DNA of 32,000 nt from Nonlabens ponticola (lineage in GTDB: Bacteria; Bacteroidota; Bacteroidia; Flavobacteriales; Flavobacteriaceae). Below, in pieces: positions 1-7,046 of this stretch (its first letter is position 1; every line of letters begins with the position of its first letter). The DNA lies in assembly GCF_003966335.1 (NCBI RefSeq), contig NZ_CP034549.1, forward strand, positions 570,001 through 602,000, in the 5' to 3' direction. The notes below the pieces were generated by a model. The model was not told where the DNA came from. It did not search any database and saw only the letters and a program-made list of their open reading frames with translations. The translations under genes and the position numbers were made by a program.

Positions 1-54
1 ACTCGTAAACTTAAGACTAATCAATTGTTAATCACTTAAAAATTTACACTAACC

Positions 55-1053
55 ATGGATTTAATTGTTCTCGTACCGCTGCTATTGATAGGTTTCTTTA
101 TCATTATCGCAGCATTTTTTACTGTTAAGCAGCAAACTGCTGCTATTATAGAACGTTTTGGAAAATTTACCAGCATACGCCACTCGGGACTGCAATTTAA
201 AGTGCCAGTGATCGATCGTGTTGCTGGACGTATCAATTTAAAGATCCAGCAACTGGATGTTATTGTTGAAACTAAAACTAAGGATGATGTATTTGTACGT
301 CTTAAGATCTCCGTACAATTCCAAGTGCGTAAGGAAAAAGTTTATGACGCATTCTATCGTCTAGAGAATCCGCGTGATCAGATTACTGCTTATGTGTTTG
401 ATGTGGTACGTGCCGAGGTTCCTAAAATGAAACTGGATTTTGTTTTTGAGAAAAAAGATGATATCGCGATAGCAGTAAAGCGTGAACTTAATGAAGCCAT
501 GATGGATTATGGTTATGACATCATTAAAACGCTTGTAACAGACATTGATCCTGATGTACAGGTCAAGGCTGCTATGAACCGTATAAACGCCTCAGAGCGC
601 GAGAAAATAGCCGCAGAATATGAAGCAGAAGCAGAACGTATCAAGATAGTCGCAAAAGCACGCGCAGAAGCAGAATCTAAGCGCCTACAAGGTCAAGGTA
701 TTGCAGACCAGCGTCGTGAGATTGCTCGTGGACTGGAAGAAAGTGTTGATGTACTGAATAACGTAGGTATCAACTCTCAAGAAGCAAGTGCGCTTATTGT
801 TGTGACACAACACTATGACACACTGCAATCCATAGGTGAAGAAACTAATTCTAATCTCATCCTATTACCTAACTCGCCACAAGCAGGTAGCGACATGTTG
901 AATAATATGATTGCAAGTTTTACCGCAAGTGCGCAGATAGGTGAACAAATGAGAAAGGATAATGTTAAGAGAGAAGCACGTGAGAGGAAAGAGAAACGTG
1001 AACTGCCTCCTAGTACAGACCTTCCTGAAAGTGGATACGATGATGACTTATAG
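55..1053 (+). CDS. SPFH/band-7 (stomatin/prohibitin-like) domain membrane protein
   Basis: 332-aa ORF. N-terminal TM helix (LIVLVPLLLIGFFIIIAAFF), then an SPFH-type core and an Ala/Glu-rich coiled coil (AEYEAEAERIKIVAKARAEAESKR). A strong terminator follows. Confidence 0.85.
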   Translation: MDLIVLVPLLLIGFFIIIAAFFTVKQQTAAIIERFGKFTSIRHSGLQFKVPVIDRVAGRINLKIQQLDVIVETKTKDDVFVRLKISVQFQVRKEKVYDAFYRLENPRDQITAYVFDVVRAEVPKMKLDFVFEKKDDIAIAVKRELNEAMMDYGYDIIKTLVTDIDPDVQVKAAMNRINASEREKIAAEYEAEAERIKIVAKARAEAESKRLQGQGIADQRREIARGLEESVDVLNNVGINSQEASALIVVTQHYDTLQSIGEETNSNLILLPNSPQAGSDMLNNMIASFTASAQIGEQMRKDNVKREARERKEKRELPPSTDLPESGYDDDL

Positions 1054-1076
1054 ATCATCAAATAACTTATAATGCA

Positions 1077-1111
1077 AAATCGGCTAGACGTGATGTCTAG
1101 CCGATTTTTTT
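1077..1111. terminator. Rho-independent terminator, probably bidirectional
   Basis: Perfect 9-bp stem CGGCTAGAC/GTCTAGCCG (1081-1103) with a 5-nt loop, A-rich 5' side and T7 on the 3' side. It lies between convergent genes. Confidence 0.8.
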
Positions 1112-1131
1112 ATTTAGGGTAATGATATTTA

Positions 1132-1344
1132 TTATTTACCTATGAGCTTATTGACCGTTTTTAGTATCAAAGCCTTTTTGATGATATTCCCAAAGATTCC
1201 TGATACCACGTTGATGGGTGAAAAACTTTCTTTCACGTCTTGAACGTTCATCTTCATCTTTTCAAAGTCAATCTTCTGCTCCAACTTGAGGATTTGAAGA
1301 TCTCTATCTATTTGTTCAAAATCAGTGTACGTCTTCAGGCTCAT
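1132..1344 (-). CDS. small hypothetical protein (70 aa), last gene of the YtxH trio
   Basis: ORF co-directional with the two upstream genes. Its start overlaps the upstream stop by 23 nt. No domain recognisable by eye. Confidence 0.45.
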   Translation of the reverse strand: MSLKTYTDFEQIDRDLQILKLEQKIDFEKMKMNVQDVKESFSPINVVSGIFGNIIKKALILKTVNKLIGK

Positions 1345-1708
1345 CTATCGTGATGTCTTTAGGTGAATTGAAAAAAGATTGACTTGTTCTAGTCAAGATA
1401 ATCTTAGTTAAGATAGGCTTCAATACAATGGCACATATGACCATTATGACTAAATAAATGGCACCCACAATCAGATATCCTAAAGGAAGGCTATCTACCG
1501 CATTACCTATATAAATACTCAATGCAACACTTAAAAAGAGTAACGCAATGAGTAAGAAGAATGCGAGAATAATCTTGTGTACGCCGTCGATGATACCTTT
1601 CATCGACTTCTTATAAAAGTCTAATTGGTAATAAGCAATCGACGACTCAATATAATCTTGAGCCGTCGATGTAAATTCTTCAAAATTGTCTTTGATGCCT
1701 TTTCCCAA
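1322..1708 (-). CDS. small two-helix membrane protein (DUF1469 / holin-X-like family)
   Basis: 128-aa ORF with two adjacent hydrophobic helices (IILAFFLLIALLFLSVALSIYIG and LGYLIVGAIYLVIMVICAIVL). It starts 6 nt after the YtxH stop, an arrangement typical for partners of YtxH genes. Confidence 0.6.
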   Translation of the reverse strand: MGKGIKDNFEEFTSTAQDYIESSIAYYQLDFYKKSMKGIIDGVHKIILAFFLLIALLFLSVALSIYIGNAVDSLPLGYLIVGAIYLVIMVICAIVLKPILTKIILTRTSQSFFNSPKDITIDEPEDVH

Positions 1709-1713
1709 ATCTA

Positions 1714-2091
1714 TTATGCTTTGGTCTTAGCTGCTGCAGTCTTCACTGCACCATTTACACTGCTAGGCTGCTGTAATTTTGCGTTTTTTGCTCTCAATTG
1801 CTCCAGCTTATTTTCTAGTGCAACAATAGCATCATCTGCTGCATAGCTTGCAGTTGATAGTGCGCTGTCTATACGCTCGCTCACCGTTCCTTTAAATTCG
1901 GTAGCCTTAGTGGTAAGATCATTATAAGTCTTACGGGTTGAAGCCTCGATATCAGCTTGTGTTTTCTTTGCTTTCTTAGAAAGATTCTTACGAGTTTTCT
2001 CACCGCTTTCTGGTGCATAAAGTAAACCAGCTACTGCTCCTATTGCTGCTCCAGCTACTAATGCTACTAATGTATTTCCTGTCTTTGCCAT
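1714..2091 (-). CDS. YtxH domain-containing protein
   Basis: N-terminus MAKTGNTLVALVAGAAIGAVAGLLYAPESGEKTRKNLSKKAKK is the classic YtxH Gly-zipper helix followed by a charged coiled coil. I chose the start at 2091 (125 aa) rather than the ORF-track 2124 because a TATCTTTG -7 box overlaps 2124. Confidence 0.8.
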   Translation of the reverse strand: MAKTGNTLVALVAGAAIGAVAGLLYAPESGEKTRKNLSKKAKKTQADIEASTRKTYNDLTTKATEFKGTVSERIDSALSTASYAADDAIVALENKLEQLRAKNAKLQQPSSVNGAVKTAAAKTKA

Positions 2092-2121
2092 TTTATTTCT
2101 TGTAATAATTAATTTAAGTAA

Positions 2122-2129
2122 CAAAGATA
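2122..2129 (-). promoter_or_regulatory. Bacteroidota -7 promoter box TATCTTTG (TAnnTTTG) for the YtxH trio
   Basis: Exact TAnnTTTG match on the minus strand, 30 nt upstream of the ATG at 2091. Confidence 0.4.
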
Positions 2130-2276
2130 AATTTCCTTACAGCCGTTTAAGTTAATGTGCAGTTAACCTTACAGTTAGCAACTATTAAATCCATCCCAAT
2201 ATCTGGAATTTGTATAAAATCACGTTAAAACCTAGAGCGGTTAATAACAGGTTGTTAGAAAGAGTATTTATAATTC

Positions 2277-2292
2277 CGCTTTCGCGAAAGCG
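2277..2292. repeat. iterated palindrome copy 1 (CGCTTTCGCGAAAGCG), intergenic
   Basis: Perfect 16-nt palindrome lying 18 nt beyond the glnS stop. The dyad extends imperfectly over 2274-2295. Confidence 0.95.
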
Positions 2293-2309
2293 TAACTAAT
2301 CTAAATCCA

Positions 2310-3992
2310 TCATGCATTATCAATCTTTGCCCAAGTATCACGCAATGTTACCGTACGGTTGAAAACCATATTGTCCGCAGTTGTATCTGGATCTACACAG
2401 AAGTATCCCAGTCGCTGAAATTGTACTGTGTCACCTATCTGGAGATTCTTCATCGCAGGCTCTGCCATCGCTGTAATAACTTCCAGTGAGTCTTTATTCA
2501 CGAACTCCATAAAGTCCTTGTCCTTGTCAGTATCTGGTGATGGTACGGTGAACAATCGATCGTATAGCCTAACCTCAACAGGTACGGCGTGCTGGGCACT
2601 TACCCAGTGAAGTGTTCCTTTAACGCGACGCATGCTAGCCTCTGTACCGCTGCCGCTTTTTGAATCTGGATCATAGGTGGCGTGAATCTCTGTGATATTG
2701 CCATCTGCATCCTTTAGGCAACCTTCACCCTTGATGATGTAACCGTTCTTGAGGCGCACTTCTTTGCCTATGGAAAGTCTGAAGTATTTCTTATTGGCAC
2801 TTTCTTTAAAATCCTCACGCTCTATAAGCAGCTCTCTAGAAAATGGTACTTCTCTATAACCGCGAGACTCGTCTTCCTGACTATTTTCTGCCTGCAGCAT
2901 CTCTACTTGATCCTCTGGATAGTTTGTGATCACTAGTTTTACTGGGTCCAGCACACACATCACACGATCTGCCTTTTTATTGAGATCCTCACGCAAGTGA
3001 AATTCTAGGTGGTTCATGTCGACCATATTCTCACGACGCGCGATACCTACAGAGTCTGCAAAATTCTTGATAGCATCTGCCGTATAACCACGACGGCGCA
3101 AACCAGAAATGGTTGTCATACGTGGATCATCCCAACCAGTGACTAGATTTTGCTCTACCAGATGTTGCAATTTTCTCTTACTAGTAACCGTGTGTGAAAC
3201 GTTGCGTCTTGCAAACTCACGTTGTTTAGGACGTACTTTATTAGGATCTACTAATTGATCTAGAAACCAATTGTACAGCTCACGATGTGGCAGGAATTCC
3301 AGCGTACAAAATGAGTGTGAGATTTGCTCTATATAATCGCTCTCGCCGTGCGTCCAGTCATACATTGGGTAGATCTTCCAGTCTGTACCGGTACGGTGAT
3401 GTGGCTTGTCCACCACTCTGTACATGATGGGATCACGCATGAGCATGTTGGTGGATTGCATATCGATTTTGGCTCTTAATACATGTTCACCTTCACCATA
3501 TTTCCCGCTTTTCATACCTTCAAAAAGCTCTAAATTTTCCTCTACGCTGCGGTTGCGATATGGACTATTTGTACCAGGTTCAGTCGGTGTTCCTTTTTGC
3601 TCTGCGATGGCCTCGCTGGATTGTGAATCCACATAGGCCTTTCCATCCTTGATCAACTCAATCGCCCAATTATACAACTGCTGGAAATAATCTGATGCGT
3701 AGCATAGATTGTCCCATTTAAAGCCCAACCACTCTACATCATTCTTGATAGCTTCTACGTATTTTGCTTCTTCTTTGGCTGGATTTGTATCATCAAATCG
3801 CAGGTTTACTGGTCGATTGTACTTCTCGCCCAACCCAAAGTTGAGGCAAATGGCACTGGCATGACCTATGTGCAGGAAACCATTAGGCTCTGGCGGAAAT
3901 CTAAAACGCAACTTATCCTGTGAAAGACCTTGTTGCAGGTCTTCGTCAATAATATCTTCTATAAAATTGTTACGCTTTTCTAGATCGCTCAT
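2310..3992 (-). CDS. glnS: glutamine--tRNA ligase
   Basis: 560 aa. HIGH motif (PNGFLHIGHA), KMSKS-type motif (VTSKRKL), and class-I GlnRS-like sequence throughout. Confidence 0.95.
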   Translation of the reverse strand: MSDLEKRNNFIEDIIDEDLQQGLSQDKLRFRFPPEPNGFLHIGHASAICLNFGLGEKYNRPVNLRFDDTNPAKEEAKYVEAIKNDVEWLGFKWDNLCYASDYFQQLYNWAIELIKDGKAYVDSQSSEAIAEQKGTPTEPGTNSPYRNRSVEENLELFEGMKSGKYGEGEHVLRAKIDMQSTNMLMRDPIMYRVVDKPHHRTGTDWKIYPMYDWTHGESDYIEQISHSFCTLEFLPHRELYNWFLDQLVDPNKVRPKQREFARRNVSHTVTSKRKLQHLVEQNLVTGWDDPRMTTISGLRRRGYTADAIKNFADSVGIARRENMVDMNHLEFHLREDLNKKADRVMCVLDPVKLVITNYPEDQVEMLQAENSQEDESRGYREVPFSRELLIEREDFKESANKKYFRLSIGKEVRLKNGYIIKGEGCLKDADGNITEIHATYDPDSKSGSGTEASMRRVKGTLHWVSAQHAVPVEVRLYDRLFTVPSPDTDKDKDFMEFVNKDSLEVITAMAEPAMKNLQIGDTVQFQRLGYFCVDPDTTADNMVFNRTVTLRDTWAKIDNA

Positions 3993-4011
3993 CTTCTCAA
4001 AAATTAAGGGA

Positions 4012-4019
4012 CAAAGTTA
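4012..4019 (-). promoter_or_regulatory. -7 promoter box TAACTTTG for glnS
   Basis: Exact TAnnTTTG match on the minus strand, 19 nt upstream of the glnS ATG (3992). Confidence 0.4.
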
Positions 4020-4123
4020 CGATTTCGATTGTTCAATCTTAGTACATGATTTGAGAGCCCACTTGCAAGATGTTTACTACTTGCTCTAAGTTGATTGTCA
4101 TGGTTGTGGTTGTTTGGGATTAT

Positions 4124-4137
4124 GCTTTCGCGAAAGC
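4124..4137. repeat. iterated palindrome copy 2 (GCTTTCGCGAAAGC), intergenic
   Basis: Perfect 14-nt palindrome. The extended dyad ATTATGCTTTCGCGAAAGCGTAAT (4119-4142) pairs at 11 of 12 positions. It sits in the divergent glnS/folB region. Confidence 0.95.
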
Positions 4138-4166
4138 GTAATTACCAAAACCATTATTGCATATGA

Positions 4167-4550
4167 ATGACCACTGATTATCTTTACCACATGCATAAAA
4201 TTTTACTCGAGAATGTACGTGTGTTTACCAATCATGGCTGTCTAAATGAGGAAGAGCTCATAGGTAGTGAATACCGTGTGGATCTTGAAGTGGTGACTGA
4301 TCTTACTCGCAGCGCCAAGAGCGATGACCTGTCTGACACTGTGGATTATGTGTATCTCAATAAGGTAATCAAGGAAGAAATGGCAGTGCGATCAAAGTTG
4401 CTGGAACAAGTGGCGCAGCGCATACTGGACCGTATTTTTAAAGAGGAAGAAATGGTGCAACAGGCAACGGTGCATGTCTCAAAACTTAATCCACCACTAG
4501 GCGGCGATGTGGAAAAAGTGACGATTGCGATGACGCAATCACGATCTTAA
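4167..4550 (+). CDS. folB: dihydroneopterin aldolase
   Basis: FolB-like sequence (ILLENVRVFTNHGCLNEEELIGSEYRVDLEV ... DTVDYVYL ... KLNPPLGG). The true start may be the second ATG at 4191. Confidence 0.85.
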   Translation: MTTDYLYHMHKILLENVRVFTNHGCLNEEELIGSEYRVDLEVVTDLTRSAKSDDLSDTVDYVYLNKVIKEEMAVRSKLLEQVAQRILDRIFKEEEMVQQATVHVSKLNPPLGGDVEKVTIAMTQSRS

Positions 4551-4608
4551 ATTGATGATTGCATCAAATATCTTAATGATGCGGTAGTAGGAACGACGTT
4601 AATTTTAG

Positions 4609-4616
4609 TATTTTTG
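4609..4616 (+). promoter_or_regulatory. -7 promoter box TATTTTTG for tRNA-Cys
   Basis: Exact TAnnTTTG match 12 nt upstream of the mature tRNA 5' end. Confidence 0.45.
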
Positions 4617-4628
4617 CCATCCTGTAAT

Positions 4629-4699
4629 GGCGTCATGGCCGAGTGGCTAGGCAAAGGTCTGCAAAACCTTGTACAGCGGTTCGAATCCGCTTGACGCCT
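4629..4699 (+). tRNA. tRNA-Cys (anticodon GCA)
   Basis: 71-nt cloverleaf. Acceptor GGCGTCA/TGACGCC, D arm GCC-GAGTGGCTA-GGC, anticodon stem AAGGT/ACCTT with loop CTGCAAA, T arm AGCGG-TTCGAAT-CCGCT, discriminator U as expected for Cys. CCA is not encoded. Confidence 0.9.
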
Positions 4700-4709
4700 C
4701 TACTTTCTT

Positions 4710-4745
4710 AAACCCTAGCTTTTATGGCTGGGGTTTTTGTTTTGT
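4710..4745 (+). terminator. Rho-independent terminator after tRNA-Cys
   Basis: Stem AAACCCTAGC/GCTGGGGTTT with one mismatch, followed by TTTTTGTTTTG. It overlaps the last codons of the convergent LysE-family ORF. Confidence 0.6.
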
Positions 4746-5615
4746 GGTATCTATGGTCTGGAAAATATCGTCCTCGACTTCAACTTCTGGCTTATTATTG
4801 GGCGATACTTTAGGCAACGGTGTGGTTTCTTTGATAGGCCTTACTGTTTTTTCTACAGGTTTATCTGGTATGAGGTCTTTTGATTCTAGCTCCTTGATAA
4901 ATTCTTCTTCTACCTCTTCTACCTTTTCTTGATCCATAAGATCTGGCATGATGTCAATTTGTTCTTCCAGCTGTTTAGTAGTATCAGGAAATGTGCCCTT
5001 GAAGATGAGAACGCCACCACAAATCATCATGATAATGGCAATGAGTCGCTTGAGCCAGAATATGCGTAATGGTGTCAGGTAGCGATTGAGACTTTTGGCC
5101 AGTGCAATCTTGAAAAGATCTACCACAAGGTATGAGGCAAGCACGGTCCCAAAAAAGGTCAAGATACGGCTACCGTCATTTTCTAATTGCGGACCAAATA
5201 TCAAAATCAACCCCAACCAAAAACCGAGTACGCCTACATTAATAAAATTGAGTAAAAATCCCTTAATCATCAACCTACCATAGTTGTTTGTTGCTACAGG
5301 AATTACATTAGGATCAACCTCTTTAAGGTATGATTTGCGTGTTTGCGCAAATGATATCACGCCATATAAAGCGAGAATACCACCGCCAAAAATGAATAAT
5401 CCGGGATCGTCCTGTAGTTTTTCTAGAATTGCACTAGTCATGAAATAAGCGACTAGTAGGAAGACGATATCTGCGATAATCACGCCTATATCAAACGCCA
5501 GCGCTGCTCTAAAACCCTTGATAGCGCTAGTTTCTAATAACGCAAAAAATACCGGACCTATCAGGAAGGCCATTCCTATCCCTAAAGGTATTGCGCTGTA
5601 AATATCTTCAATCAT
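4722..5615 (-). CDS. LysE/RhtB-family amino-acid exporter with acidic/Pro-rich C-terminal tail
   Basis: The N-terminal ~215 aa are polytopic and LysE-like (IPLGIGMAFLIGPVFFALLETS...). The last ~80 aa are low-complexity (EEVEEEF..., PKVSPNNKPEVEVEDD). Confidence 0.8.
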   Translation of the reverse strand: MIEDIYSAIPLGIGMAFLIGPVFFALLETSAIKGFRAALAFDIGVIIADIVFLLVAYFMTSAILEKLQDDPGLFIFGGGILALYGVISFAQTRKSYLKEVDPNVIPVATNNYGRLMIKGFLLNFINVGVLGFWLGLILIFGPQLENDGSRILTFFGTVLASYLVVDLFKIALAKSLNRYLTPLRIFWLKRLIAIIMMICGGVLIFKGTFPDTTKQLEEQIDIMPDLMDQEKVEEVEEEFIKELESKDLIPDKPVEKTVRPIKETTPLPKVSPNNKPEVEVEDDIFQTIDTTKQKPQP

Positions 5616-5636
5616 GCATGATCCTTACGGTATGAT

Positions 5637-5644
5637 CAAAGGTA
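5637..5644 (-). promoter_or_regulatory. -7 promoter box TACCTTTG for the LysE-family gene
   Basis: Exact TAnnTTTG match on the minus strand, 21 nt upstream of the ATG at 5615. Confidence 0.4.
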
Positions 5645-5718
5645 TGGAATAGAGTTTTAAAATGTATGTGCCCACTTAAACACGGCTCAATGAGCTATTG
5701 TAAATTGAAATCGAATAG

Positions 5719-6387
5719 TTATCGAATGACTACACTACCGCCGAATAATGTTTTCTTGTTGACTTTTTTGGGATCACCATAAACAATCACATCGCCGCCA
5801 GCCTTAATATTCACATCTACAGACTTTGTGGCGTGAACTTCAACCTCACCACCAGCTTGCACTTTGACGCTGGTGTATGCTGTGATAAGATCCTCGTTTT
5901 CTATGATACCACCAGTATTTACTACTACCTGCTGATTATTGACTTTACCAGATAATTGAATGATACCCCCTGTTACCGCACGTACGTCGAGATTGTCAAT
6001 ACGAACACCAGCCTTAATGGTAGCACCTTCTTGAACGCGCAATTCTAGATCGTCCTGTTCCATTAGTTCGTTAGCATAAATGATGGAACCTTCATTTGCA
6101 TCAATGGTTTTGATGTCTGTGTAATAAACAGTGATAAAAGTGTTTTGACCATCAAAGATCTTATCATGTTTCATGCGTACTTTGAGCAAACCATCACGCT
6201 CTACAAACTCTACATCATCACCATCGCGTCCTTGAAAAAGTATCTTGTTCTCGTCTGCCTTTACCAGATTAACCTTTATCAAATCAAATGTTTTGATCGT
6301 CTCAAATTCGTCGATGGCTACCTCACGATCCTGTGCAATTGCAACGATTGTAGATAACAGAAATACAGCTATACAAATAAATTTCAT
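5719..6387 (-). CDS. secreted DUF2807 / head-GIN (putative auto-transporter adhesin head) domain protein
   Basis: Signal peptide (MKFICIAVFLLSTIVAIAQ), then repeated beta-solenoid-like GG-containing segments (AVTGGIIQL, VNTGGIIEN, VQAGGEVEV, IKAGGDVIV). Confidence 0.7.
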   Translation of the reverse strand: MKFICIAVFLLSTIVAIAQDREVAIDEFETIKTFDLIKVNLVKADENKILFQGRDGDDVEFVERDGLLKVRMKHDKIFDGQNTFITVYYTDIKTIDANEGSIIYANELMEQDDLELRVQEGATIKAGVRIDNLDVRAVTGGIIQLSGKVNNQQVVVNTGGIIENEDLITAYTSVKVQAGGEVEVHATKSVDVNIKAGGDVIVYGDPKKVNKKTLFGGSVVIR

Positions 6388-6446
6388 GATGTGTGTTTTT
6401 ATAAAGATGCAGCTAGTAAGGAATTGTTACAGTTGTAGATAATACA

Positions 6447-6875
6447 CTATCGCTTCACAAAGTTAAAATCGATGGTTTCCACATCATTAACTACTTGAGC
6501 CTTGAGCGTGTCACCAGCAATCCAGTAGTGAATCTGAGTAGGGAAATCCAACGCTGGATTAAATACTGAAATACTGTCCTGCTTGAACTCAAGCGAGGTG
6601 AGCGTTGCAGTGCTATGATTTGTACCTTCTACAAATAATGTCCATTTATCGGTTTTGGTGATCTTCATCTCTTCCCTAAAGATGGTATCGCCATCTCTCA
6701 TGGCATAGGCAAACCCTTGATAACCATCATCTGTTTTAGTCCATTCTTCATAGGATTGTCTTCCTGCTGGATCATCCGTACGTTGCCAGCTGCCCAATAT
6801 CCAATCCAATGACTCTGGATCATTGTTGCTGCAGGCGCAACATAAAACTAATAGAATAACGCTTAATTTTCTCAT
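6447..6875 (-). CDS. hypothetical lipoprotein (142 aa)
   Basis: Lipoprotein-type signal (LLVLCCACSNN) on a Trp/Asp-rich small beta-type protein. It starts 4 nt after the stop of the upstream mini-ORF. Confidence 0.6.
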   Translation of the reverse strand: MRKLSVILLVLCCACSNNDPESLDWILGSWQRTDDPAGRQSYEEWTKTDDGYQGFAYAMRDGDTIFREEMKITKTDKWTLFVEGTNHSTATLTSLEFKQDSISVFNPALDFPTQIHYWIAGDTLKAQVVNDVETIDFNFVKR

Positions 6876-6878
6876 GAT

Positions 6879-7046
6879 CTAATGTCTATAACCTTTCCAG
6901 GTACCGCCATAACGATACTCTGGTAAACTTTGATGTTTCTCCGTACAGCTCTTACAACAAAATACCCATTCTTTACCACTTGTAAGCTGAATGCGGTACA
7001 ACGTGGTGTGCTCCTCACCGCAAGTATGGCAGATTTTGGTTTTCAC
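6879..7046 (-). CDS. 55-aa Cys4 zinc-ribbon-like mini-protein (not in the ORF track)
   Basis: Hand translation gives VKTKICHTCGEEHTTLYRIQLTSGKEWVFCCKSCTEKHQSLPEYRYGGTWKGYRH with CxxC ... CCxxC. The GTG start shares one nucleotide with the rnr TAG stop (TAGTG). It fills an otherwise unexplained 170-nt gap in an operon-like run. Confidence 0.5.
   Translation of the reverse strand: MKTKICHTCGEEHTTLYRIQLTSGKEWVFCCKSCTEKHQSLPEYRYGGTWKGYRH

Noticed and set aside
5611-5622. 12-bp perfect palindrome ATCATGCATGAT over the LysE-family start codon
   Set aside because: It is a single short occurrence built from two overlapping ATG/CAT words, with no second copy or partner site. It is most likely coincidental.
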